Of a stretch of DNA of 64,000 nt, positions 10,690 to 20,069 are shown one piece after another. Each line of letters opens with the position of its first letter. Position 1 is the first letter of the stretch. The notes beneath the pieces are model-generated. The model made no database searches and was not told the origin of the DNA. It saw nothing but the letters and a program-made list of their open reading frames with translations. This DNA is from an uncultured Gemmatimonadaceae bacterium (GTDB lineage Bacteria > Gemmatimonadota > Gemmatimonadetes > Gemmatimonadales > Gemmatimonadaceae): NCBI GenBank assembly GCA_963781585.1, contig CAWAGQ010000004.1:544001-608000 (forward strand), in the 5' to 3' direction. Made by a program: the position numbers and the translations under genes.

Positions 10690-10743
10690 CTGGAAGACGA
10701 TAGGCTGGCACCGGAGCGGCGGAACACTATAGTTTTAGGAGCC

Positions 10744-11916
10744 GTGCCGATCGCCATTCTCGATCCATTCAGCGGCATCTCGGGAGACATGACCCTTGGT
10801 GCCTTGGTTGCCGTTGGACTCGATCCCGAATGGCTTCGGGCCCTGCCGGGTCGCCTCGGACTGAACGACGTCGCGGTAGAAATCTCCACGGTGCGAAAAA
10901 ACGAACTTTCGTGCACGAAGGTGGACTTCCGGATTCCCCTGCAACCTCACGGGAGGCATCTCCAGGAGATTCGCGCACTGGTGCAGGCCACGTCGGCCCC
11001 GGAGGGAGTGAAGGAGGTGGCAGTTCGCGCGTTTGCTGCGATTGCCGAGGCCGAGGGGGCGATTCACGGTGTGGCGGCCGAGCGCGTTCATCTGCATGAA
11101 GTGGGAGCGGTGGATGCGATCCTCGACGTCATGGGCGCGGTGTGGGGGCTGAGCGAACTGGCGGTCTCGCGCGTTTACTGTGGGACAATTTCTCTGGGAG
11201 ATGGCTTCGTACACGCTGCACACGGAATTCTGCCGGTGCCCGCTCCGGCGACCCTGAAGCTGCTCGAGGGAATGGCGGTTCGGCCCGGCCCGGAAGGCGC
11301 GGGTGAGCTGGTGACGCCCACCGGGGCGGCACTGGCTCGCGTGCTATCGCTCGGTGCGCCCCCCGGGCGGTTCGTGGTGCGACGGAGCGGCTACGGAGCG
11401 GGGACGAAGGACCTTCCGGGGCGAGCGAATGCCCTGCGCCTCATCCTGGCGGAATCGGAGCCGTCGCGGGACGGGGAGATCGAGGATCTGACGATGCTCG
11501 CCACCGACGTGGACGATATGACCGCGGAACACCTGGCCGATGCCGCGGAGCTGCTGCGACGGCACGGGGCGCTCGACGTGACCACCTGGGCCGTACAAAT
11601 GAAGAAGGGTCGGCTCGGAGCGCGTCTCGAGGTGCTGTGCCGGGAGCCGAATGTGGCAGACCTGGAGGCGCTCCTGTTCTCGTCCACCACGACCATCGGC
11701 GTTAGGCGTACGGCAGTGATGCGCCGGGCGCTGCTCCGTGAAGAGCGCCGCGTCACCGTGCTGGGTCACACGGTTCGCGTCAAGACTGCCACCCTTCCCG
11801 ACGGTGCGCTTCGCAGCAAGGCCGAGTTCGACGACCTGCGCGCCGTTGCGCAGGCCACCGGTCGCGCGCTTGCCGATATCGCTTCGCTTGCCCTCGCCGA
11901 GGCGGAACGTGCCTAA
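10744..11916 (+). CDS. larC: nickel pincer cofactor biosynthesis protein LarC
   Basis: SGISGDMTLGAL, HLHEVGAVDAILD, HGILPVPAPAT, ELVTPTGAA, GYGAG, MKKGR, TTTIGVR; AGGAG ribosome-binding site. Confidence 0.92.
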   Translation: MPIAILDPFSGISGDMTLGALVAVGLDPEWLRALPGRLGLNDVAVEISTVRKNELSCTKVDFRIPLQPHGRHLQEIRALVQATSAPEGVKEVAVRAFAAIAEAEGAIHGVAAERVHLHEVGAVDAILDVMGAVWGLSELAVSRVYCGTISLGDGFVHAAHGILPVPAPATLKLLEGMAVRPGPEGAGELVTPTGAALARVLSLGAPPGRFVVRRSGYGAGTKDLPGRANALRLILAESEPSRDGEIEDLTMLATDVDDMTAEHLADAAELLRRHGALDVTTWAVQMKKGRLGARLEVLCREPNVADLEALLFSSTTTIGVRRTAVMRRALLREERRVTVLGHTVRVKTATLPDGALRSKAEFDDLRAVAQATGRALADIASLALAEAERA

Positions 11917-11976
11917 CCGCCTCGGGTACCCCACTACCGCTGTCAACTGGCGCTGCCTCACCCTCAGGAGAACGTC

Positions 11977-13506
11977 ATGAAGTCTCTTCAGGCAATCCCC
12001 CTCATCGCTCTGCTCATCGCGGCGTCCCCGGGACCCGCCGCGGCGCAAGAGGAATGCAAGATCGACTACGGCCGCCCCGGACAGGTGAAGGACGCCGAAG
12101 GCGCGCTCAAGCGCTTCGAGCTCCTCGGCCAGCCCGAAGACAAGCGGAAGAATTTCATCAAGGCCGTGACGTCGCTGACCAAGGATCCGGAGAAGGTCAA
12201 GAGCAACCCGAATGCCGCGAACATGCTGCTCGGACGGGCGCTGGTAGATCTGGCGCTGCTCCCCGACCAGTCGCCCACGGCGAAGGGCGCGGAGATCGGG
12301 TACCTCTCGGATTCGGCGGCGACGATCGACCTGCTCGCGCGGGCCGACTCGGCCTTCGATGCTGTGGAAGCGGCAATACCGGCGTGCAAGGACGAAACCG
12401 AGGAACCCCGCCGCCGCGCTTACGCGGCGATCGTCAATGAGGCCGTCAACACCTACAATGGCCAGCAACTGGACTCGGCCTTCGTCCTCACCAAGCGCGC
12501 CCTGATGCTGTACGACGGTTACAAGCTCTCGTATATCGCGTACAACATTCTGGGCAACGTGCAGCAGTCCAAGGACGATTATCCCGCGGCGATCCAGTCG
12601 TTCCGGAAGATGGTGGACCTGACCAAGGGTGATACCTCGTTGGTGGACGAGCGCAAGAACACGGTGATGCTCGTTGCGCAACTCATGACGCTGCAGGCTC
12701 AGTCGCTCGAAGCGGACGCGCGGAAGAAGATGCTGCAGGACGAGGTGGCCTTCCTGCAGGACTTCCAGAAAGATGGTCCGGACGACCCCAAGCTCCAGTC
12801 GGCGATCTCGCGGGCGCAGTTGATGTCGGGCGACGAGGAGGCGGCCCGGCAGCTGTTCAACGACATGCTCACCAATCCGGACAAGTACTCGGACCAGCAG
12901 CTGCTGGAGGCCGGGGTGGGCGCCTTTCAGGCGGATAAGAACGACGTTGCCGCAACCCTCTTCGAGGCCGGGCTGAAGAAGAACCCGTACTCCCGGGACG
13001 GGCTCTTCAACCTCGCCGCCACCTACGACGCGCTCGGTCAGCTCGACAAGATGCCGCCCGTACTCGAGCGGCTCGTGGCGGTGGATCCGGCCAACCCGGA
13101 GAACTACAAACTCTGGGCGCGATACTGGCAGGCGCGCGCCAAGGACTTGAAGGCCGAGCGCGACAAGCCGGGGGGGAACACGGAGGCCGCCACAAAGGCC
13201 TGGGACGACGCGAACAAGGAACTGATGGAGACCTACACCAAGTTCAGCGATGCGACCGTCAAGGTGACCTTCAACCTGTTCTCGCACGACAACGGCAACC
13301 ACGTGCTCGGCGGCACCGTCGAGAACCTGTCCGACCAGGACAAGAATTACACCCTCAAGTTCGAGTTTCTGGATGCGTCCGGAACGGTGCTGGACACGCA
13401 GGAGGTGTCGGTACAGGGCGTCGCGGCCAAGGGACAGAAGTCGTTCAAGGTCGAGGTCAGCGGGAAGCCGGGTGTGATCGCCTTCAGATACGGCCCCATT
13501 GCCTGA
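11977..13506 (+). CDS. secreted TPR-repeat protein with a C-terminal FxLYD-like beta domain
   Basis: Signal peptide ending AAA-Q; helical TPR-like repeats (YNILGNV, LFNLAATY); C-terminal GTVEN...FEFLDASG; AGGAG RBS; own terminator. Confidence 0.75.
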   Translation: MKSLQAIPLIALLIAASPGPAAAQEECKIDYGRPGQVKDAEGALKRFELLGQPEDKRKNFIKAVTSLTKDPEKVKSNPNAANMLLGRALVDLALLPDQSPTAKGAEIGYLSDSAATIDLLARADSAFDAVEAAIPACKDETEEPRRRAYAAIVNEAVNTYNGQQLDSAFVLTKRALMLYDGYKLSYIAYNILGNVQQSKDDYPAAIQSFRKMVDLTKGDTSLVDERKNTVMLVAQLMTLQAQSLEADARKKMLQDEVAFLQDFQKDGPDDPKLQSAISRAQLMSGDEEAARQLFNDMLTNPDKYSDQQLLEAGVGAFQADKNDVAATLFEAGLKKNPYSRDGLFNLAATYDALGQLDKMPPVLERLVAVDPANPENYKLWARYWQARAKDLKAERDKPGGNTEAATKAWDDANKELMETYTKFSDATVKVTFNLFSHDNGNHVLGGTVENLSDQDKNYTLKFEFLDASGTVLDTQEVSVQGVAAKGQKSFKVEVSGKPGVIAFRYGPIA

Positions 13507-13530
13507 CCGGCAGCTGCACGGCTGTGGATG

Positions 13531-13567
13531 AAGCGGCGCCGCCATTCGACGGCGCCGCTTTCGTTTC
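13531..13567 (+). terminator. Rho-independent terminator
   Basis: AAGCGGCGCCG-ccattcga-CGGCGCCGCTT 11-bp stem followed by TCGTTTC, 24 nt after the TPR gene stop. Confidence 0.8.
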
Positions 13568-13609
13568 ACAACTCTACTGAGGTGAGCTGGTCAAAGTGCT
13601 TCTCATTGC

Positions 13610-13638
13610 TTGATTTCGAGGACGGCCGCTGCTAATTT
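13610..13638 (+). promoter_or_regulatory. putative sigma70 promoter of the DUF512-der-plsY-gpsA-merR-surE operon
   Basis: TTGATT - 17 nt - TAATTT, with TG at the extended -10 position. Confidence 0.55.
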
Positions 13639-13726
13639 GGTTGAACCTCGCGCCGGATCGGTGCGCCGCATCGCTGGGGGAAGCTCGCCAAGGCGATCTT
13701 CCCCCGTTTCGACTCTCTCAGGGTGC

Positions 13727-15034
13727 ATGGCCAAGGTCACTCGCGTTCTGCCCGGGTCAATCGCCGATCAACTCGGCATCACGCCCGGAACAGAGCTTCT
13801 GGCGGTCGGTGACCGCACCATCGACGACTTCCTCGACTGGGAGTTCCTCACGGCGGACGACGCGTTCGTCGTGCTGGCGCGACTGCCGGGCGGTGAGCAG
13901 ATCGAGTACGACATCGAGCGTCCGGAAGGGGAGGCCATGGGAGTCGTGCTCGAGCCGCCTTCGGTCCGCCGGTGCGCCAACCGTTGCGAGTTCTGCTTCA
14001 TCGAAGGCCTTCCCAAGGGGCTGCGAAAGAACCTGTACATCCGCGACGACGATTATCGGCTGTCGTTCGCCTACGGCAACTTCGCCACGCTCTCCAACCT
14101 GAAGGAGCGTGACTGGGCGCGCATCATCGAATACCGGTTGTCGCCTCTGTACGTCTCGGTGCACGCGACGCCGCTGGAGGTGCGTCGCGCGCTGCTCAAC
14201 AATCCCCGAGTTCCGAACGTCGTCGAGCAGCTCGAGCGGCTCTCCATTCACGGCATTCAGTTTCATTGCCAGATGGTGATCGTGCCCGGGCTGAACGATG
14301 GAGCGGTGCTCGAACAGTCGCTCTCGGACCTGTGGGCGCTTGGTGAGGCCGCGTTGACGGTCGCGATCGTGCCGGTGGGACTCACGCACTTCAACCACCT
14401 CTTCTCGGGCACACCGATGTCCTCGGCTGACGCCGGTTGCCTTCTCGACACAGTGCACCGCTGGGCTGGACGCGCCGCCGCGACGCGGGGCCAGCGCTGG
14501 GTCTTCGGATCCGACGAGCTGTATCTCCTGGCCCAGCGCGACCTCCCTGATGCCGACCACTACGGGGACTTCCCGCAGATCGAGAATGGGGTGGGGGCGG
14601 TGGCGGCCTTGCGGCGCCAGGTGCGCGAGGGTCTCGCCACGCTTCCGTTGATGCCGGGTCGTCGTATAGGTGTGGTGACCGGAACGGCGATGGCGTCCAT
14701 CATGCCGGAGATCCTTCGTGGCGTGGCCGACGCGATGGGAGCCACGCTGGATCTGCTGGTCACCGAGAGCTCGCTCTTTGGGCCCACCATCACGACCGCC
14801 GGCCTGCTGGCAGGCGCGGACATTCGCCGCGCGCTGGGTGAGCGAGCCGACATCGATCTGGCACTGATCCCGGCCGAATCGATGAATGATGACGGGATCT
14901 TCCTCGACGACGAGACGTTCCTGAGCGTCCAGGCGGCGCTGCCGATGCCCGTGCGTGCGTCGTACGACTTTGTAGACGTGCTGGCCCAGGAAGACGCGGG
15001 CACAAACCTGGCGTCGATGCGCGCGCGCTCATGA
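13727..15034 (+). CDS. PDZ + radical-SAM-like DUF512 domain protein
   Basis: N-terminal PDZ-like VLPGSIADQLGI; CANRCEFC (CxxxCxxC); DDDYRLSF, LSPLYVSVHAT, VPGLNDG, QIENGVG. Confidence 0.85.
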   Translation: MAKVTRVLPGSIADQLGITPGTELLAVGDRTIDDFLDWEFLTADDAFVVLARLPGGEQIEYDIERPEGEAMGVVLEPPSVRRCANRCEFCFIEGLPKGLRKNLYIRDDDYRLSFAYGNFATLSNLKERDWARIIEYRLSPLYVSVHATPLEVRRALLNNPRVPNVVEQLERLSIHGIQFHCQMVIVPGLNDGAVLEQSLSDLWALGEAALTVAIVPVGLTHFNHLFSGTPMSSADAGCLLDTVHRWAGRAAATRGQRWVFGSDELYLLAQRDLPDADHYGDFPQIENGVGAVAALRRQVREGLATLPLMPGRRIGVVTGTAMASIMPEILRGVADAMGATLDLLVTESSLFGPTITTAGLLAGADIRRALGERADIDLALIPAESMNDDGIFLDDETFLSVQAALPMPVRASYDFVDVLAQEDAGTNLASMRARS

Positions 15035-16338
15035 GCACTCCGGTCGTGGCCATCGTCGGCCGGCCCAACGTGGGGAAGTCGGCCCTGTTCAATCGGCTGG
15101 TCGGCGAGAACGCCGCCATCGTGAGCGAGGAGGCAGGCACCACGCGCGACCGGCACTTCGGCACTGTTCGGTGGGCGGGGCGCGCGTTCTTCCTGGTCGA
15201 CACAGGGGGAATTACCGACGATGACCGGGGACTGCTGGAGAATGCTGTGGCGCGTCAGGTGCGGCAGGCGATGGAGGAGAGCGACCTGCTGCTCCTGGTC
15301 GCGGACGCGCGCGTGGGGCTGCATCCCATCGATGAGCGGATCGCCGAATTGCTGCGGGACTCAGGGAAGCCCTTTCTGGTGGTTGCGAACAAGGTGGACG
15401 ATGCGAGCGACCCGGCGTGGTACGAGTTCTACGCCCTGGGAGCCGGCGATCCACATCCGGTGTCAGCCGCCAACGGCATTCAATCGGGTGATCTCCTGGA
15501 CGCCATCGTGGAGCGCATTGCGAATGCGCCCGAGGACACCGCGACGGCTCTGCGGATTGCGGTCATCGGGCGGCCCAACGTCGGGAAGTCGTCGTTCGTG
15601 AACCGCTTGCTGGGCGAAGAACGACTGGTGGTCGCGGAGGAAGCAGGGACGACGCGCGACGCCATCGACACCTCGATGCGCTACCACGGTCACGAGTTCG
15701 TGTTCGTCGATACGGCGGGTCTGCGGCGCCAGTCGCATCTTCGGGACGGTGTGGAGTTCTACTCCAGTCTCCGGACGCGACGGGCAATTCAGCGTGCTGA
15801 TATCTGCTGCCTGTTGATCGATGCGACCGAGGGCCTTCACAACCAGGATCTGCGGATCGCAACCCTGGCGTGGGAAGCCGGGTGCGGACTGGTGCTGGTC
15901 GTGAACAAGTGGGACCTGGTGGAAAAGGACGACAAGAGCGCGCCGCACTTTCAGAAGCACTGCGAGCGCACGGCGCCGTTTCTCAGGTTCGTGCCTTTTC
16001 TCTTTGCGTCGGCCAAGACCGGCCTGCGGGTGAATCGCGTTCTCGACCTCGTCCTCGAGGTGGATCGCGAGCGCACCAAGCGCATCGCCACGCCCGCTGT
16101 CAACGACCAGCTGGGCGAGCTGCTGGCGCGGAGACAGCCGCCGCAGGCGGCAGGCCGCGACGTGAGACTCCTCTACGCCACCCAGGTTGACGTCGCGCCG
16201 CCCACGTTCGCAGTGTTCGGAAACCACCCCGACCTCGTCGCGGATCACTATGTGCGCTATCTGCACAATGGATTCCGGGAGGCGTGGGGGTTTACGGGCA
16301 ATCCCCTGCGCATCGTGCTCCGCCGGCGGGCCGCATGA
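15031..16338 (+). CDS. der: ribosome biogenesis GTPase Der
   Basis: Two GRPNVGKS P-loops, GTTRD, DTGG/DTAG, NKVD/NKWD, KH-like C-terminus. Confidence 0.97.
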   Translation: MSTPVVAIVGRPNVGKSALFNRLVGENAAIVSEEAGTTRDRHFGTVRWAGRAFFLVDTGGITDDDRGLLENAVARQVRQAMEESDLLLLVADARVGLHPIDERIAELLRDSGKPFLVVANKVDDASDPAWYEFYALGAGDPHPVSAANGIQSGDLLDAIVERIANAPEDTATALRIAVIGRPNVGKSSFVNRLLGEERLVVAEEAGTTRDAIDTSMRYHGHEFVFVDTAGLRRQSHLRDGVEFYSSLRTRRAIQRADICCLLIDATEGLHNQDLRIATLAWEAGCGLVLVVNKWDLVEKDDKSAPHFQKHCERTAPFLRFVPFLFASAKTGLRVNRVLDLVLEVDRERTKRIATPAVNDQLGELLARRQPPQAAGRDVRLLYATQVDVAPPTFAVFGNHPDLVADHYVRYLHNGFREAWGFTGNPLRIVLRRRAA

Positions 16339-16952
16339 GCCGGGCGATCGCCGGCATTGTCGTCGCCTACCTGCTCGGGTCGATCCCCTTTGCGTATCTC
16401 GCCGGGCGAATGCTGAAGGGAATCGATTTGCGAAAGCACGGTTCCGGCAACCTCGGCGCGACGAATGTCTACCGCACGCTGGGCGCGCCGGCGGCGGCAG
16501 TCGTACTCCTCGCAGACGTCGCGAAGGGCGCCGTTCCGGTGCTCTGGTTCCCAGTGCTGTTTGGCGCCACCGCCAGGCCGCAGGAATGGGCGGTGGCGTA
16601 CGGTCTCGCGGCCATCGTCGGTCACGTGCGTCCGGTCTTCCTGCTGTGGCGAGGGGGCGGGAAGGGCATTGCAACGGCGGCTGGGGTCTTCGGCTCGCTG
16701 GTCCCGTTGGCCCTGCTGGTCGCGGTGGCGGTATTCGCATTCGCTCTCGCCACGACGCGGATCATTTCGCTGAGTTCGCTCACCGCGGCGGCCGCGTTGC
16801 CGGTGGCGATCGCGGTCACAGAGGGCGCGCGCGGGCCCGTGTTTGGCGTCTCGGTGCTGGTCGCCGCATTCATGTACTGGACGCACCGCTCGAACATCGG
16901 CCGTCTCATGCGCGGCGCCGAGCCCCGGTTGGGACGGAAGCCTCCCGTCTGA
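16335..16952 (+). CDS. plsY: glycerol-3-phosphate 1-O-acyltransferase PlsY
   Basis: YLLGSIP, GSGNLGATNVYR, DVAKG, GGKGIAT, HRSNIGRL. Confidence 0.95.
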   Translation: MSRAIAGIVVAYLLGSIPFAYLAGRMLKGIDLRKHGSGNLGATNVYRTLGAPAAAVVLLADVAKGAVPVLWFPVLFGATARPQEWAVAYGLAAIVGHVRPVFLLWRGGGKGIATAAGVFGSLVPLALLVAVAVFAFALATTRIISLSSLTAAAALPVAIAVTEGARGPVFGVSVLVAAFMYWTHRSNIGRLMRGAEPRLGRKPPV

Positions 16953-17947
16953 TGCGTTGCGTGGTCATGGGCGGCGGCGCTTGGGGTTCGGCGCTCGCAG
17001 ACCTGCTTGGCAGGAGCGGGCATTCCGTCGGACTCTGGGCGCGGGAGGCCGATGTGGCGGCGAGCATCAACGCGAGTCACGTGAACACACGCTTCCTTCC
17101 GGGGATTCCGCTTCACGCCTCGGTCACCGCGTCCGATGTCATGGGGTCGGTAGTGCCGGATGCCAGGATCGTGGTATTCGTGGCGCCATCACACGTCCTG
17201 CGAAGTGTGGTGCGCGCGGCGAAGCCGTACGTGGAGCGTGCCGCGGTGCTCACCGTGGCCACGAAGGGCATCGAGCCCGAAACGCTGCAGTTGATGACCG
17301 ACGTGGTCTCGAGTGAACTCCCGGGACGTGCGGTGGTGGCGGTGTCCGGTCCGAGCTTCGCGGCCGAAGTGGCCCGGGGGCATCCGACGGCGGTGGTGGC
17401 CGCGGGGAGCGACCGGGCCGCGCGCGAGTTCGTCCAGCACATCCTGAGCACACCGACGTTCCGGGTCTACACGAGCGACGATGTGCGGGGGGTGGAGCTG
17501 GGTGGCGCGCTGAAGAATGTAATCGCGGTCGCCACCGGCCTTGCCGAAGGCCTCGAGCTCGGTCTCAACTCGCGCGCGGCGCTGGTGACGCGGGGGCTCG
17601 CCGAAATCACGCGGCTGGGTGTTGCGCTAGGCGCGCGCGCATCGACGTTCGCCGGGCTGGCAGGACTGGGGGACCTGGTGCTCACGTGCACCGGCTCGTT
17701 GAGCCGGAATCGGGCGTTGGGGGTGGAGGTCGGACGGGGGCGCCCGCTCGACGACGTGATGGCCTCGACCGAGAGCATTGCCGAAGGCGTGCGCACGACG
17801 CGCAGCGCGCTGGCCCTGGCCCGGCGGTGCGGCGTGGACATGCCCATCGCGATTGCTGTCCACCGGGTGCTGTTCGAGCACCAGAACGCTCGGGATGCCA
17901 TGAGCGACCTCATGAACCGTGAACTGCGTGCGGAGCGCGACGAATGA
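16952..17947 (+). CDS. gpsA: NAD(P)H-dependent glycerol-3-phosphate dehydrogenase
   Basis: GGGAWGSALA, TKGIE, SGPSFAAEV, GGALKNVIA, GLGDLVLTC, SRNR; ATG overlaps the plsY stop. Confidence 0.96.
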   Translation: MRCVVMGGGAWGSALADLLGRSGHSVGLWAREADVAASINASHVNTRFLPGIPLHASVTASDVMGSVVPDARIVVFVAPSHVLRSVVRAAKPYVERAAVLTVATKGIEPETLQLMTDVVSSELPGRAVVAVSGPSFAAEVARGHPTAVVAAGSDRAAREFVQHILSTPTFRVYTSDDVRGVELGGALKNVIAVATGLAEGLELGLNSRAALVTRGLAEITRLGVALGARASTFAGLAGLGDLVLTCTGSLSRNRALGVEVGRGRPLDDVMASTESIAEGVRTTRSALALARRCGVDMPIAIAVHRVLFEHQNARDAMSDLMNRELRAERDE

Positions 17948-18339
17948 GCGACGAACCGGTGCAGGAGTTCTTTTCGATAGGCGAGGTGTGCGAGTTGACC
18001 GACCTCAAACCGCACGTGCTGCGGTACTGGGAGAGTCAGTTCCGCTTTCTCAATCCGGCGAAGAACCGGTCCGGAAATCGCGTCTACCAGCGCAAGGAGA
18101 TCGAGCTGGTCCTGCTCGTCAAGCACCTTCTGTACACCGAGAAGTACACGATCGACGGTGCGCGACAGAAGATCGATGAGCATCGCAAGAGCGGGACCCT
18201 GCGCGGTCAGGCACGGTACGCGCTGTCGGTGGAGACGCTGGCGGAACTGGAACGCCAGTTGGCGGAGACCCTCCGGGTGCTCGATGGGGCGGCGCCGGTG
18301 CCGCCGCCGGATAACTCGAACGGGGAGCCGGGGAGTTAG
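17944..18339 (+). CDS. MerR-family transcriptional regulator
   Basis: FSIGEVCELTDLKPHVLRYWE...RSGNRVY..KEI, YTIDGARQK. Confidence 0.9.
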   Translation: MSDEPVQEFFSIGEVCELTDLKPHVLRYWESQFRFLNPAKNRSGNRVYQRKEIELVLLVKHLLYTEKYTIDGARQKIDEHRKSGTLRGQARYALSVETLAELERQLAETLRVLDGAAPVPPPDNSNGEPGS

Positions 18340-18340
18340 G

Positions 18341-19102
18341 GTGCGCTTCCTGTGCACCAACGACGACGGATTCCTGGCCCACGGGCTGGATTGCCTGGTG
18401 CGGGCCGCCGGTCGGATCGGCGAGGTGACGGTCGTCGCCCCCGACCGGGAGCAGAGCGCCACCAGTCATTCGTTGACGCTCCACCACCCGCTGCGTCCGA
18501 TTGCCAGGGGCGAGGGCCGGTTCCAGGTGGACGGCACGCCGACCGACTGCGTCATGCTGGCTGTGGAAGCGCTCATGCCCGAACGTCCGGACTTCGTGCT
18601 CAGCGGGATCAATCATGGGCAGAACATGGGCGAGGACGTGCTCTACTCGGGGACGGTTGCGGCGGCGATGGAGGGACTCGCCCTGGGGATTCCGTCGGTG
18701 GCGATCTCGTTCGCCGGCGGCGATCTGCGCGCCGACACCACGCGTCTCGAAGAGCAGATCGACATTCTGGTCCCGCTCCTGCGACATCTCACCGGTCTGC
18801 CGCGGTTCCCGAGCGACACGCTGTTCAACATCAACCTTCCTCCGGTGGGCGCCGACCAGATCCGCGGTGTCCGCCTGACGCGGCTGGGCCGGCGCGTGTA
18901 TTCCAACTCGATCCAGCCCATGCGTGATCCCTGGGGCCGGGAGATCTACTGGATCGGCGGGGGTGAGATTTCGTGGCAGGGCAGTGATGACTCCGACTTC
19001 CAGGCCATTCGCGACGGATACATCTCGGTCACGCCGCTGCATCTCGACCTGACGCATCGCGACATGCTGGATACCGCGGAGGCCTGGTGGCGCAATCCAT
19101 GA
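18341..19102 (+). CDS. surE: 5'/3'-nucleotidase SurE
   Basis: LCTNDDG, VAPDREQSATSHSLT, GTPTDCV, SGINHGQN, YSGTVAAA, SVTPL. Confidence 0.96.
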   Translation: MRFLCTNDDGFLAHGLDCLVRAAGRIGEVTVVAPDREQSATSHSLTLHHPLRPIARGEGRFQVDGTPTDCVMLAVEALMPERPDFVLSGINHGQNMGEDVLYSGTVAAAMEGLALGIPSVAISFAGGDLRADTTRLEEQIDILVPLLRHLTGLPRFPSDTLFNINLPPVGADQIRGVRLTRLGRRVYSNSIQPMRDPWGREIYWIGGGEISWQGSDDSDFQAIRDGYISVTPLHLDLTHRDMLDTAEAWWRNP

Positions 19103-19183
19103 GCGAACCGCCACGGGAACGTCACCGCGCGCGGTCCCGTTCGACACCGCCGACTTCGCGCGACGACCTGAGACCGTGGGTGC

Positions 19184-19966
19184 CTAACAGCGGGAAGTGA
19201 GCACAGGGGGTGCCGTGGGATCCACGTGAGTGGTGGGCGTCAGCCCGATGTCGGCAGCCACCTCCTGCAGCGTGCTCGCCACGTCGCCCGGGATGTTCAC
19301 CAGCGCGCCGGCCCGTGTGCGCAATCGCGCGGGCAGGCCGACCGGGGAACGTCCGCGAACCCGGGCGTACATGACGAGGGCGGTGAGATACGCACCGGTA
19401 CCGTTGGCGTGCAGCCCATCGGAGTACAGCGCAATGCCGGGATTGCGATTCCGCACCGCCAGCCACGCTTCCGCAATGGGAAGGAGCAGTCCCCCCACAT
19501 CTTCGGCGGCGATCCGATACGACTCGATCGAACCCTGAAACTGGTCGGGCAGCGCCTCCGGCGCCCAGGCCTCGAAGAGGGCAGTCCGCGCACCCACGTG
19601 CTCGATGGCCGCATCGAAGAACTGCGTAGCCAGACGAAGCGTGTCGCGACATACGCCGGCCGGCGTCCACCCCTGCTGCAGGACGACGAATTCCCAGTCG
19701 CCCTTCCCGATCTCGGACCTGGCATCGCCGCCGTACCAGTGGTCGATGAGGGCGAAATCCGGATACGCCACCGTCTCGACGGCGATCGGCGGGCCTCCCG
19801 CGGAATCGGCGAGTGCCTGGAGGATGCCCGGAATGTCGTTCTGGTAGGTATAGCTGTTGCCGATGAACAGAATCGCATCGCCGGCTCCCACCAGGCGTGG
19901 GCCGGACGGGTCTCCCCAGCATGCGCTGGCGAACACAAAGCAGGCAATCGACTCCCGGCGTCGCAC
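19184..19966 (-). CDS. SGNH/GDSL-type hydrolase-like protein, possibly a lipoprotein
   Basis: ILFIGNSYT (block I), WEFVVLQQ, DGLHAN (DxxH block V); short N-terminus with ASAC lipobox-like motif. Confidence 0.7.
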   Translation of the reverse strand: MRRRESIACFVFASACWGDPSGPRLVGAGDAILFIGNSYTYQNDIPGILQALADSAGGPPIAVETVAYPDFALIDHWYGGDARSEIGKGDWEFVVLQQGWTPAGVCRDTLRLATQFFDAAIEHVGARTALFEAWAPEALPDQFQGSIESYRIAAEDVGGLLLPIAEAWLAVRNRNPGIALYSDGLHANGTGAYLTALVMYARVRGRSPVGLPARLRTRAGALVNIPGDVASTLQEVAADIGLTPTTHVDPTAPPVLTSRC

Positions 19967-20069
19967 GAGGTTCCTCGCTCATCTCTCGCGCTCACAGCAC
20001 TGCGCGCGAACCGCAATGTGGCCAGTACTCTGGGGCGGAAGTGCCGGAAGGCGTGATCGGCTGCGCTGG

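Noticed and set aside
11344..13569. Long antisense ORFs (this 741-aa one; also 2137-3501, 27142-28590, 33064-34320, 40035-41516, 60007-61326)
   Set aside because: They mirror well-supported genes on the other strand, have no recognisable motifs, and are expected from high-GC codon bias.
16187..16951. 586-aa ORF implying an N-terminally extended GpsA
   Set aside because: The extension overlaps der and plsY in another frame. The GpsA Rossmann motif starts right after ATG 16952.
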